Assembly: GCA_000146465.1 (NCBI GenBank)
Contig: CP001946.1
DNA: 64,000 bases
Reading direction: 5' to 3' (one strand)
Part shown: positions 1-11,000 of the stretch, piece after piece
Layout of the letters: each line of letters starts with the position of its first letter
Numbering within the stretch: the stretch's first letter is position 1
Made by a program: the position numbers and the translations under genes
The notes under the pieces: model-generated
Seen by the model: only the letters and a program-made list of their open reading frames with translations
Database searches by the model: none
What the model was told of the DNA's origin: nothing

Positions 1-625
1 CCATCCTCGACGCAAGATCAATGACACTTTCTATATCAAGCATTTCCATCCCGTCATTGAGAAACTCGATAGTCTTTTCGGGAAATCCAGCCCCTCTTCT
101 CAGTATTATGCTGCAGTCAAAGGTCCGAGGCATCATCTTAAGGGACTCCGTCAAAATCGGAATGATGTGCTCTGCCATCGAGTCATCAAACAAGGGCATG
201 TATGCATTTGACATAACGCCACATCCTCTTTTCAGCTCGTCTTTTCTTTCTTCGTTAATCTCCTGGCTGTAGTTGCACAGGTAGAGAAAGTTTTCCAGAA
301 TCTTATATCCCATTTCCTTCTTGTGGGAGAGAAGATCAATAATGATCGAGAAAAACTGGGGAAAAGTAGAAGGCCACTCATAAATCCCAAGAAGGGCAAA
401 TACCTGTGCCGCCTTATCAGACTCGTTGCTTTGGACAAGGCCGGCCATAAAGCCCATCTCCTCTTCTAGAGAAATCCCTGCCATCTTCTTGCTTCTAACT
501 CGCTGCTCAATAACCTTCAGAGCATAAAACTTGACCTCTGGAATTGCAGAGGCCATCAGCTCCTTGGCTGGAGCGAGATCTTCCGAGCTCACACATCTCT
601 GTATTTCCCTTTCTATCTCTGGCAT
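1..625 (-). CDS. N-terminal 208 aa of a karyopherin-beta (importin/exportin) family protein; the gene continues beyond the 5' edge of the window
   Basis: A stop-free minus-strand reading frame runs from the ATG (plus-strand 'cat' at 623-625) to position 1, checked codon by codon. Protein: MPEIEREIQRCVSSEDLAPAKELMASAIPEVKFYALKVIEQRVRSKK...ALLGIYEWPSTFPQFFSIIIDLLS. The 'EWP..FPQ..' stretch and the N-terminal helices resemble the importin-beta N-terminal domain and early HEAT repeats. The ATG at 674 is followed by a stop after 8 codons, so it was rejected. Confidence 0.5.
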   Translation of the reverse strand, partial: MPEIEREIQRCVSSEDLAPAKELMASAIPEVKFYALKVIEQRVRSKKMAGISLEEEMGFMAGLVQSNESDKAAQVFALLGIYEWPSTFPQFFSIIIDLLSHKKEMGYKILENFLYLCNYSQEINEERKDELKRGCGVMSNAYMPLFDDSMAEHIIPILTESLKMMPRTFDCSIILRRGAGFPEKTIEFLNDGMEMLDIESVIDLASRM

Positions 626-893
626 TGCCGATGGATCGTCTTTTAGCCTAACAAACAGGTCTTCTAGCCTCATTTCTTGAGGAGGGCGACGGAATAGTAA
701 ATTTTATCAATCACGGACAATCATTCCTCCAAAAGAGTTCTGTGCACCTTTCAGAGCCGTCATCCCTAATTGGAAAGTGCCGGGCGCCAAATGGACCTTC
801 TCCGACAAAAACGTCATAGCTTCCAAATCCAGCTCACAAATCTATTGGACCATCTGAACAGAATGGTTTTAAGTGTTTTAGAGTGCTTCGCAA

Positions 894-1253
894 ATGAACA
901 ACGACGTCCTATACGAGGTCATCAAGTATCTAGACTTTCCTGTGAGAGACAGAAAGGTGCAGGAAGCACAATTCAGCAGGATTAATTCCAGAAGAATGAT
1001 GAGATTTAATAGAAACCTAGTTGAGAAAAAGCTATCAGACCGCCCCCATATTAACGATTTAAAAACATCCAACATATATAAGGAGAGTGGAGTAAACTTC
1101 GCAAAAATACACAGGGTGCTGTCGGATGTCTTCGGCCGAAGAGGATCTCCTCCATTTCAGAACATATCTTCCACCTTGGCAGGACTTGTAAAGGTAATGG
1201 ACTTCAAGTTGAAGAAGATAATGCTGGCATCAAGAATAGGAGGGAAAAGGTAG
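894..1253 (+). CDS. hypothetical protein, 119 aa
   Basis: ATG-initiated ORF in the 270-bp gap between two minus-strand genes. No recognisable domain. A competing 64-aa frame (791..985) overlaps it, so the call is weak. Confidence 0.3.
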   Translation: MNNDVLYEVIKYLDFPVRDRKVQEAQFSRINSRRMMRFNRNLVEKKLSDRPHINDLKTSNIYKESGVNFAKIHRVLSDVFGRRGSPPFQNISSTLAGLVKVMDFKLKKIMLASRIGGKR

Positions 1254-1301
1254 AGTTCCAAAGATTTATTAAAAGCTTTTATGTAAGCTAGCCACTGTCG
1301 G

Positions 1302-1577
1302 TTATTTTGTGAAAATGTTTCCAAAAAGCCCAAACAAGATTAACATTACCACCACGGCTGCAATAAGAAAGTATTTGAAGTTCTTCCAGAACAGCTTCTT
1401 TTTGGCTTCCTCTGCTGCAGCCTTATGCTCCTCGGTAGTCTTTTCCAGTGTGAAGGTTTCCGATCTTAAGTTTGTTTCGAGGTCTCCGAGATCTCTTTGG
1501 GCCTTTAACTGCTCCTTGAGAGCTCCCTGAAGGTCTTCTACTTCCTTTTCTATTTTTTGAGTAACTTCGTCCCCCAT
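1302..1577 (-). CDS. small tail-anchored coiled-coil protein, SNARE-like
   Basis: The ORF-track start is TTG; the first ATG gives MGDEVTQKIEKEVEDLQGALKEQLKAQRDLGDLETNL... A heptad-rich helix is followed by a single C-terminal TM (FLIAAVVVMLILFGLFGNIF). Confidence 0.45.
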   Translation of the reverse strand: MGDEVTQKIEKEVEDLQGALKEQLKAQRDLGDLETNLRSETFTLEKTTEEHKAAAEEAKKKLFWKNFKYFLIAAVVVMLILFGLFGNIFTK

Positions 1578-1702
1578 TCCAAACAATCCTGTTGTTTAGT
1601 ATATTTTTCCTTAAAGCCCCTTTTGCTTCAATATAAATAAACCTGCGGCAAGACAAGAGCCTGGGCCTTCAAAGCACTCAATTAGTTAGTCTCCTTAACT
1701 CC

Positions 1703-2890
1703 TTACAGCTTATCAAAAATGCTTTCGATTGCTTGGTAGTTCAACTTTCCGGAAATCCTTTTGTCCAAACTTCTGAACGCCTCAACAATAGATCCAAACT
1801 CCTCGTTTTTTCTTCTTCTCTTCCCCTTTTTGACACTACTTTTCGTCCTCTTCTCTCGCTCTCTCATGAACTCTCCATACATCTCTTCCCAGACAATCTC
1901 CCTTCTCTTGGTCTCCTCAGGCGAAAGGATGTTCCTCTCGATCTCCTCGGAGTCAGAGAGAATTTCGCTGTCCACACTGCTCTGTGGTGTCGAATAAGGA
2001 ATCACCTCGCTACTTCCCGACTCACACTCCTGCTTCTTTGCCATCTCCATTCTCTTCATCTTAACTGCAGGCGGATCCTCCTCCTTCTCAATCCATGTTG
2101 CATTGAACTCCTCGATACTAAGGTTGGCACTCTCTGTATCTCCTATCTCCTTCAGCCTCTTGTTGATTGTACTCACAGAGACATGGACTATCTTTGCTAT
2201 CTCGTATATACTTCTCTCCTCTCCCACTATCCGAGATGCAATCAGGAGTGCTGCTCCGCACAAGTTGTTTGGCCTTCTTCCAACAACAATCCAGTCCCTC
2301 TTCATCCTGCTTATCAGCCTTAGGGAAAGCCCCAGCACCTCGGTGCTTTCAAACCGCAGCCGAGACACAAACCGTGGCATATACAGAGATGGATCGATCA
2401 ACGGAATGTCAATTCCAAGCATGTTTGTTATCTTCAGAAAACTCTTTCCTATCTTAAACACATCGATATGCAGTGCATTCGAAAAATCCATCAGCATGTG
2501 TGGTGTCCTCTCCTGTCTGCAGACAATGTATATGCAGGCACTCAGAGTGTACAAAATCGATTTCCCCTTGCTTAGATTGTACTGGAGAAGAAGCTTGTAC
2601 CACCTGAACGAGCATTCCACGTGGTCAACCCCAAGCCCCAGAGATGCACATATACCGCTTATTGTGTTTTTGATGTAGTAACTGGAATCAACAAATCCGG
2701 TCCCCACATTTCGGGAATCCATCCCGACAATCTGCCCGTTCAATGTGGCTTTCGGTCCCTCTGTGTTGAAGTTCAGAGATGCAACAATTGCGTTCTCCTC
2801 CTGAACCATACCACACACTGTGCAGTAGACAGCTCCTTGTGCTGTGTCTTCCGCAAAATCCCCAGAGGAACAATTAGAACATATACCCAT
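1703..2890 (-). CDS. BRF1: TFIIIB subunit BRF1 (TFIIB-related factor), shortened to 395 aa
   Basis: N-terminal Zn ribbon CSNC...CTVCG. Cyclin repeats match BRF1: ACIYIVCRQERTPHMLMDFS, IDPSLYMPRF, LRLISRMKRDWIVVGRRPNNLCGAALLIASR. The post-cyclin block LSIEEFNATWIEKEEDPP corresponds to BRF1 homology region I. Confidence 0.85.
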   Translation of the reverse strand: MGICSNCSSGDFAEDTAQGAVYCTVCGMVQEENAIVASLNFNTEGPKATLNGQIVGMDSRNVGTGFVDSSYYIKNTISGICASLGLGVDHVECSFRWYKLLLQYNLSKGKSILYTLSACIYIVCRQERTPHMLMDFSNALHIDVFKIGKSFLKITNMLGIDIPLIDPSLYMPRFVSRLRFESTEVLGLSLRLISRMKRDWIVVGRRPNNLCGAALLIASRIVGEERSIYEIAKIVHVSVSTINKRLKEIGDTESANLSIEEFNATWIEKEEDPPAVKMKRMEMAKKQECESGSSEVIPYSTPQSSVDSEILSDSEEIERNILSPEETKRREIVWEEMYGEFMREREKRTKSSVKKGKRRRKNEEFGSIVEAFRSLDKRISGKLNYQAIESIFDKL

Positions 2891-2973
2891 GGGCTACTCG
2901 AAAGAGAAGAACTAAAAATCTTGTCTTGCCCATATCAATTAAGAAGTACATTTAATACCGAAGATACAGTCTG

Positions 2974-3705
2974 TCACTCGTATTCTTTAAAGACATATAA
3001 GTTGCTCCACACACAGAAGTCCTTTACAAGTGCCCTGGGCTCCTTTAGAAACTCAACCTCTCTATGCTTCTTCTCCAAGATCTCGTTCAACTCCCCATCT
3101 CCAATCCTTATTCCCTTCCGAGCCTCTCCTCCAACAAGATCCACAGATTCAAGCTTATACTCTACCTCTCCCTTCTTGCTTTCCTTCTCCAAGCTCGACT
3201 TAACAAATTCTTTCGTAAACTCATCGAACATCACATCGTCCTCCACCACCTCCTTCTCAACCTCGTTCATATCGCTCAGGTTGCTTCCGTTTCTCATCAC
3301 CATCCTCAGCTGTGCATTCTTCGGAAGGACTCGAAGGATGTGAAGAATAGACTCTTCGCTTCCCATGCTGTATCTATCGTTCAAGTAGTTTTTCATCGTG
3401 ACCTGATACCTCAGAAACGACAAAAGCTCAGGAATTTGATACTCATACTCCTCATAAACCTCCTCCACAAGAATTCTGCACACTAGCTCGGGAACAATCT
3501 CTCTTCCATGTCTCTTTTTTATTCGACATCCCAGTTGCTCAATATAGTATCTCAAGATGTCTGTCAGAACATTTAGTGCTTGGTCTGCCGTCTTATCAAA
3601 TCCACTCTGTGACAGCACCTCCACAACTGCAAGCTTCAGTATCTTAGTACTCATGTTTGATTTCATCTGAAATCCGAAGGAGTAATTTTTTATCCGACAA
3701 ATCAT
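2974..3705 (-). CDS. TAF8/TAF3-like TFIID subunit with a histone-fold BTP domain
   Basis: KILKLAVVEVLSQSGFDKTADQALNVLTDILRYYIEQLG matches the bromodomain-associated (BTP) histone-fold domain of TAF8/TAF3. The start could instead be an internal Met (MKSN.. or MSTK..). Confidence 0.6.
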   Translation of the reverse strand: MICRIKNYSFGFQMKSNMSTKILKLAVVEVLSQSGFDKTADQALNVLTDILRYYIEQLGCRIKKRHGREIVPELVCRILVEEVYEEYEYQIPELLSFLRYQVTMKNYLNDRYSMGSEESILHILRVLPKNAQLRMVMRNGSNLSDMNEVEKEVVEDDVMFDEFTKEFVKSSLEKESKKGEVEYKLESVDLVGGEARKGIRIGDGELNEILEKKHREVEFLKEPRALVKDFCVWSNLYVFKEYE

Positions 3706-3780
3706 GTGTCTATTTACCCATCAATTAACCAAAACCTTGGCCATGGAAATCCAGTCATTTGCCCAACTATTTCTCTCCCC

Positions 3781-4503
3781 TTACTCTTCTCCCAGGCTCT
3801 TCTTCATGGCCTCAAGCTCTTTAAGTAGGACTTCAAGTTGTAACTCAAATCTCTTTTGAAGAATCGGATTCAATGCACTTTCCATCTGCTTTCTCTTCTC
3901 CTCAACACTTTTCTCTAGACGTTCAAGCTCCTGGTTCTTTGGCTTCTCTTCCTTTTCATGCTTGGTCTCGGCAAAGGGGATTTTGGACTCTTCCGAACGT
4001 GCTTCAGAATAATCCACCAGCTTTTTCTCGATCTCTGCAGCCAGCATGTCCAGGTCATCAGACGTCTCTTTCTCCTCCTTTGTGATGACCTCAACCAGCC
4101 GGGCCCTCATGTCCTTTTCTAGAAGCTCCCCAACTTTCTTTTCAATCTCCTCAACATACTCGATCTTGCTATTTTTCTTCCGGAATCTTCTTGCCTTCGC
4201 ATACTTCAGCGGTGGGCACAACCCACTCAGCTCATGAATCTCCCGCTCCCTCTCAAAGTCAAAATCTCCATGCGGGTATACAACCACAAGAGTGGATATG
4301 TCTGCCACCTTGTAGTGTTGTCTATTATCCATTGTCTTTTGTGATTCGACTATACATGGGAGTCTTACAATTATCCCCGGATACTTCTGTCCACCATACG
4401 ACAAGACAACAGACTTTTCATTGCAAACCTCCAGTGTCGAGTTCTTGAGATCAACCTCATTCTTTATCGATTCATGAAGTCGGAGAATAAACTGCTGCTC
4501 CAT
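3781..4503 (-). CDS. TAF7: TFIID subunit TAF7
   Basis: EQQFILRLHESIKNEV, RLPCIVESQKT, KVADISTLVVV and SGLCPPLKYAKARRFRKK match the TAF7 N-terminal domain block for block. Confidence 0.85.
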   Translation of the reverse strand: MEQQFILRLHESIKNEVDLKNSTLEVCNEKSVVLSYGGQKYPGIIVRLPCIVESQKTMDNRQHYKVADISTLVVVYPHGDFDFEREREIHELSGLCPPLKYAKARRFRKKNSKIEYVEEIEKKVGELLEKDMRARLVEVITKEEKETSDDLDMLAAEIEKKLVDYSEARSEESKIPFAETKHEKEEKPKNQELERLEKSVEEKRKQMESALNPILQKRFELQLEVLLKELEAMKKSLGEE

Positions 4504-4561
4504 CTTCCAGGGCCTTTATTTATGCCATTCGAAGAAGTTCCCACATCCATTGGGAGCCCCG

Positions 4562-4936
4562 ATGAGGTCTTATATGAAGGACGGCCTGAGAATAGGATTC
4601 ACCAAGGAGACTTCTACAGATCATATCGAGGCTCTACCTCTGGAGATAGCTAGGAAGTTTGAACTACTATCGGGAATCTGCGACAACAGGTCCATACAAG
4701 AGTTTCCTGCTGCGATAATTAAAGAGATAGTCGAAATGTGCAATGATTTAAGAGACCTCGCTCCTCACTATAACATGCCTGAGGAATATGTTGAGTATGT
4801 TAGAGAGAACAAGGATGTCCTGGGATACTTTGAGGAATCCGAGAACAATCTTAAAGGAGAGGAAATGAGGATAATCAACAAGAGAAGGATATTCGATGTC
4901 TTTAGGAGTATGATGGAGAAAATGGAGGAGATGTAG
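4562..4936 (+). CDS. hypothetical protein, 124 aa
   Basis: The ORF-track start (4550) is TTG. The first ATG at 4562 is preceded by 'gagccccg'. The protein is acidic and helical with no recognised domain. It lies between TAF7 and Tra1. Confidence 0.4.
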   Translation: MRSYMKDGLRIGFTKETSTDHIEALPLEIARKFELLSGICDNRSIQEFPAAIIKEIVEMCNDLRDLAPHYNMPEEYVEYVRENKDVLGYFEESENNLKGEEMRIINKRRIFDVFRSMMEKMEEM

Positions 4937-5062
4937 AGTGTTTGATTCTGATGAAAGGCTTCCCGAGGTTATGGTTACAAATAAATCTTTTTATTACATG
5001 ATAACTGGGAGGAATTCTGTGTTTCCTCTGTAGACAATTTTTTCAGAGAAGAAAGAAAAAAA

Positions 5063-5072
5063 GGAAAAACCC
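5063..5072 (+). promoter_or_regulatory. C-rich (CCC) box immediately 5' of the Tra1 start codon
   Basis: 'aaaaaccc' abuts the ATG. The same CCC placement recurs at more than 15 other start codons in this window. A CCC-like signal near initiation codons is a described feature of Encephalitozoon genes. Confidence 0.45.
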
Positions 5073-8000
5073 ATGATGAAGGACCTTTTTGTAGGTAGTG
5101 AACCAAGCGAGGTGAAGGCCAACCGGCTCAAGAAGTACATGGAAAGCGGAAGATTCCTTGAAACTCTTTTTTTCCCACATGAGTTTTTGGAGTCACTAGT
5201 TTTATTTGCTATTCAGATACTCAACAGTACGGAACCTGAGAAAAAATCGTCATTTGTGTCTGGAGGGAATGAATCTCGCTACATTGTCCTCAGGCTTTTG
5301 AACAAGTTTTCGCTGAAAAGGATTAGGAATACAGGATTAGTGCATGCACTCCATTGTGTGCTTAGAAATGACAATCTCCCAAACGTGATTTTGTCACTGA
5401 AGGCATTAGGTTCTCTGAGCAGATCGGGGGTCATTGCAGGAGATCTGGTGGAGGTGCATGTTGGAGTCCTTCTTGGGATGGTTCACAACCTCTTTACAAA
5501 CCTGGAAAGTGGAGAAGAAGGGCTCATTGAGATATCGCTATTTACTCTTACAGAGATGCTGACCCATGCCAGGGTTTTTTTCCGTGGGTTGGAGTACCAT
5601 GCTGTGAAGATTGATCAATTTTTGGCCTGTGTGTATGGAAACATCAGAAGAGCTTTTGAAAACCGGAGATTCATGGATGGGATGATGCATAAAAGGACGT
5701 CTTCAATAAGCATGTGTTCTGGAATCTGTAGTCTCCTCAAGCTGACATATGAGCAGCTTCCTATTGTGTCGAAGTCAGGGCCTTATCATGTGTTTGCTTG
5801 TGAGGCAGCATTTGTTGGGATGTATTACTGTCCCTCCGATCTCCTGGACCTTAGGAAGGAGATCTACATGCTGTTTAGCAAGATGTGTATAGGAGACAAA
5901 GAGATGGTTCTTCCTATGATGGACAAAGTGTATATGGTTCCATTTCTTTTTTCTCCAGATGCACAGCCAATGAGCGTCAAGGGGATTGGAATGCTCTCTG
6001 AAATGCTCGTGCATGTTAAGGAGAACCTTAGCAAGGCAGCATACATGGAGTTTGGGTCGAAGGTATTCAATGTGCTTTTTTCAACCTGTTCTTCAATAAG
6101 GAGGCTATGCAAGGAAGTTCATGAGGGAGGAGAAGAAAGACAGAAATATCGGAGGAATGCAAGCGATATAATTAGCCAGGATATTGAAAGTCTCATAGTA
6201 TGTCTAGGGGCGGTAGAGAACACATGCAAATGCTTTGGAGGCAGGACAGGAGATTCCGAAGAACTCAGCCACATTTATCTCAAGAGCTTTTACGATATAA
6301 GGAATGGATTTGAAGGAATCCAGGGATTAGTAAGACTGGGATGCGCAGGCAAGGAGGAGGAGTTGAAGAAGGTTGTAAAGAAATTTGTCTCTGGATTTCG
6401 AGAAGTGATTGGAAGAGCGGGAATCCTTGAAAAGTCTGGAAATGGGATTGTCTTTTCTGTACCCGAGATCAATATCCTGTATGAGATATTTGAGAGGTCT
6501 TTTGATGTATTTTTGCATGAGTGCCTGTGCCAAGAGCAGGACATTGAAGAGTTTTTCTCTGTGCTGTCTCTTGTTAGAGAGCACATTGGAAGCGATATAG
6601 TCAAATGCCTTTCAGAAAGAATTGTGGAGTACAGCAAGAAAAACGGGGAGTTCTTTGGGATATGGAGATTGATGAGCAGCTCTGTAATTTTGGGAAACAC
6701 ATTCTGTGGATATGTACTTCCACGAATGATCGAGGAGCTCGATAGAGAGGGATTTGAATTTGTCAAGAGGGCAATGAGATATATTGTTCCGTTTTTTGGA
6801 AACGATATAAAGAAGATAAAGCGAGTCAATACATTCTTCATGCACAGGATAATATCAACTCTGTTGGCAGCCAAGAGGATGGAAAACTTCGAAATTTTGC
6901 TGGAGATCTTCAACATGTTTGGATCGATGCCTGAGAAGAGCAGCTTTTTCCAGAAATACATCTTCGACAACTTCTCAAGGATAGTTTCTCATCTTATGAA
7001 TCTTTATGAAGTTGAGGGAAAGAGCATATTTATAGAAATGATATTTTCCTTGCCAATAAGTATCAACCTACTTGAATCAGATATCCAATTTCTCATGAGA
7101 CCTATTGAAGAGGCCTTAATGCTTCATGGGCCAGTAAGAACCAAGGCGCTGTCTATTCTTGTGTATGTTCTTGACTTTTCAACACCAGATAAGATTTCGG
7201 GTCTTGAGAAGACATGGCAAAACATTTTAAATAACGTAGCAGAGGGCTTGAAGGATAGCACAATGCTGTCGTTGTGTTCGAGAATACTGGGGAAGCTCAA
7301 GAGCTATCACAAGACGTTTGTAGTAGATGGGAAGATGTTTGAAGAGACAAACGAAGATTTAAAACTTATTAGGATAGTGGTGGATGGAAAGCATGCAGTT
7401 CCTGGGCATCTCTTGTTTTTCGATGCAGTGCAGAAGATAAGGGGGGCCTTTGAGCTGTCTGAAAAGAGCTTTGGGCCTTCTGGTGTTCTCACCAGGTTCA
7501 GGAGTCTAGGGCCCCGATGTGGAGATGGAGAAGCCAAAGGCGCAGCATTCAGACTAGTGGAGAAGGTGGTGTGCCATCTGATGGGATGGAACTCCTCTGG
7601 AAAGAACTTGATTCAGAATTATTACGAGTCTCTTCTGGAGGAGATGGAAGAGATAGGAAGCATTCCAGACACATTGGATTACATACACTCGGTTCATGGG
7701 GTTATCTCTTCGTTAGGCGGGAGGAAATGCTCGGACAGTCGGCATTTGGCCCAGTATGTCTACGATGCAATCCTCACGCTCTTCAGTTGCCATGGAACCC
7801 CTTTTGAAAAGAAAGCTCTGGAACTCCTTCATTCTATTTTTGGAGTCGTGATACTCCACAAGATATCTACTCTTCACAGGCCCAAGGGGAAGAGATACAC
7901 GATTCTTCTTGACACAGACACATTCCTTGATGCACTTGTAGAGTCGTTTTGCGATACCGAGAACTCGATGCCTTTCAAGGTACTCTCTGTAATGTTTGTC

Positions 8001-11000
8001 CAGATGTACGAGATGTTTGGAAGGAAATGCGAATACTTCTGTGTTGAGATGTATAGGGCTGTTTTCTCCAAGCTCAAGGCCATGTGCAAGTCTTCGAACA
8101 AGAGATGTAGAGACGCTGGAATCAATGGAATCATATGTCTTGCAGCAACAATGCCTATTCGAGAGCTTGTGATGCTCCGAGTCCCGGAAGATTCGTTTTC
8201 ATGTACATACCTTTATCTTCTTCCTCGGGGATCCGAAGATTTCTCTCTTCCCCTCCGGCTGGTTGTCTTTATCTTGAGATTCAGATACAAGGGAATTAGG
8301 AATTATTTGCTCTCCTCTGGAATGGAGAGGCACTTCATGATGTCGCATTTCAGACCGTTTGTTGCAGGCCTCTTTGATGGGAGAAAGGATGTTATGGACT
8401 TTTCCCAAGCTGTGTTGAGAGAAGTGTTCCAGAGCTATGGGCCTCGCCTACTGGAAAGACACAAGGACATGGTTTTTGGGTTTTTCAAGAAGGAATATGT
8501 AATAGGAAGCAGGGAAACAATGATAATGCACTTGAAAGTGTTTATTTTCTGCGTTCGAGAGGGCAAGTGTCCGTTTGACGATTGCGAGATGAAGTATCTT
8601 ATCGAGAAGTTTCTGGATGGGATTGCAAGCAACGAGGAGTGGAGAGGAACTGGAGGGGTTTATATGGGCTTTGACCACTGTGAAAGAGACGAAAGCACAA
8701 ACAACGAGGACTTTTGCAAGTGCAACAGATGCGGGAAGGGCGAAGAAGACACAGAGATTGTTCTAGGAGGGATCCATAAGAAGTTATCTTCGCTATCTAT
8801 GAGGGATTTGATGGAAATTGCGCTTAAAAACAAAATGGATGTGGTTTGCGGAGATTGCAAGAAAAAGATCTACAGACATAAGGAGGAGTGGTCTCCTAGA
8901 TTCAGTAACGAGGGGGAGGAGTTGATTTACTGGATAAGAGAGTTTTATTTGCTTGTCATTGAGTACAGGAAGTCCTTTGAGGAGATAAGAACAGCGGTTT
9001 TGTATTTATTGAGATATGTTTCGGACGATTCCTCGGATTACCTGCAGAAGGCACACAATATACGGCCGCAAGAGACAGAAGAGGTAATATCAGAGGAAGT
9101 GGAGAAGTGTCTGTCTGAGAAGGTCGACTACAAGATCCTCAACATGTTACTGTGTGCACATTCGATATCGGGGATTCGGGAGAATCCAAGGGTAGGGATG
9201 CTTGTTCTGAAGATTCTGAAAGAATTCAGGATTCCGAAAGAGTTTGCAATAATAGCACAGAATGACAGATACTCGATGCTGGCAAAGGCGTATGAAATAG
9301 GAATTAGACTGAAAAACCAGGAGGGGCTGTGCAACGAGATTCTGGAAACATACTTTGTACTTGACGGATATGCCAAGAGTTACACTTCCAGGATGTATCC
9401 TCGAATGATTAAGTATGTAGAGGATCTTGGATCACAGTTTGTAAGTTGTATGTTCCGAAGAATTCAAGACCCATCGGCTTACGAGTTGTGTTCACAGCTC
9501 TGCAAGGACTCGGCCAAGCTAAGAGAAATGGTGTTTGGAATGAAGGACAGACTTGCGGAGAGAATATCGCAAATATATTGCAGACTGGAAGGAAATGACT
9601 CCATAGAAAAGGATGTGTTTGTGTATTCGTATCGGTTTCTTGATCTTGCAGGGTATGAGATGAAGCCTGTCGACATTCAGGTTATTCTTGGGATTTATGC
9701 TGATGTGAAGACAAAGCCCAGACATGCTGTTGAAATGAGGGGGCTGATAAATAGATGCATCGACAGGTTTTCTCCAGAGAACCTCGAGACACTGTTCAAC
9801 ATAGACCCATGGTTTATGTCTGTGGATGGGATAGACCCGGGATATCTTACAGAGGGGCTTTCACCCTTGACTCTTAGGGGGATTATCCGGAGTATTGATA
9901 AGAGAAACAGACCCATGATTGAGAATTTGAGCCTATCTCTTGGAGAAAACAGACACATGCTGATTGAGATGTTTGTGGAGATGGGGATCAGGTCTGAGAA
10001 GCTTATTGGATACTGCAAGGAGAATCTACACATCACGAACCTTAGAGGGCTCCTGCTCTACTATCTATGCACATTCGAGCCCTTGCATGTCTATTTTGAA
10101 CTCCTGTTCAAGCTCCCTTACGAAGACAGGAAGTACACGCTATACTGTCTAGAAAGGATTGTCGATGTTTTTGATCCTCTTCTCTTTGAAGAGATAATTC
10201 TGATTGTGCTGCGCTCTGAAGTAAGGTTCAAGACAAGTCTCTGTATTCTGTTTCCTCTACTTCTATCGAGGCCCAGTCTTATCAGCAAGAAGATTGTGCT
10301 TGAGCTTACAGGGTCGATCTATAAGCTTCTTGATTCAGAGAACTTCCCCCAGCAGAGAATGGGGTTTAAGCTGTTTGAAGTTCTATACAACAGGTGTCTA
10401 TTAGGAGATGGATCGGGGAATATATGCAGAGAGTATGATTGGATCATAAGGAACATATACACTCTCATGTTTGTGAGGTTTATTCATATGGATCAGGACT
10501 TGGATGGAGATCTTCTTGAAAAGTACAATCTGGAGCTTGTTTTTGAGTTGGTGGAGTACTCTCCCAAGGAGCTAAATCTTAACAACATGTTCAGCTTTCT
10601 CGAAGCGGAGATTCTGAGCAAGAAGAATGAGGAGTACAAGATATGGTTTTTGAAAAGCATTGGAATGGCCATAGCGCCGTATTTCCGATCAAGGGCTTTG
10701 GGAATCAAGGTTATTGAGTATCTGGTGCGCATTGGGATGTGGAATTACAAGCTTCTTCGGGAGGAGCTGGGGGTTGTTGTGTACGACCCGAGCCTACTGT
10801 ACAATCTCCTTTGCATGCTTTGTAGCAAAGCTGGTGAAAGAGCTGGTTTGGGATGCAAGGCTCATAGGGATGATGTAGAAAACATGGAGATATGCTTGAT
10901 AGTGATAAGACATTTATTTGCAGAGTACAATAGAGAGAGAGGAGAAGCCAACCAGAAATATGTGGAGGAAGGACTTGAGAAGCTGTTCTATGTTTTATCT

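Noticed and set aside
656-674. ATG at 674 as the start of the 5'-edge minus-strand gene
   Set aside because: It is followed by an in-frame TAG after 8 codons. The long open frame is in another phase and starts at the ATG at 625.
1733-2323. 196-aa plus-strand ORF antisense to BRF1 (and the 2103..2678 / 2621..3343 frames)
   Set aside because: BRF1 homology on the opposite strand is unambiguous. These are shadow ORFs.
3654-3760. Possible 5' intron in the TAF8-like gene: a GTAAAT lies upstream and TTTCAG immediately precedes an internal ATG (MKSN..)
   Set aside because: The only ATG upstream of the GTAAAT would leave exon 1 as ATGG, and joining it to the sequence after TTTCAG shifts the frame and hits TAA after a few codons. 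The uninterrupted ORF from the ATG at 3705 is simpler.
6290-6970. 226-aa minus-strand ORF antisense inside Tra1 (and others at 11231..11872 and 12405..12827)
   Set aside because: They are antisense to a well-supported giant ORF, with Ser/Pro/Leu-rich junk-like composition and no start context.
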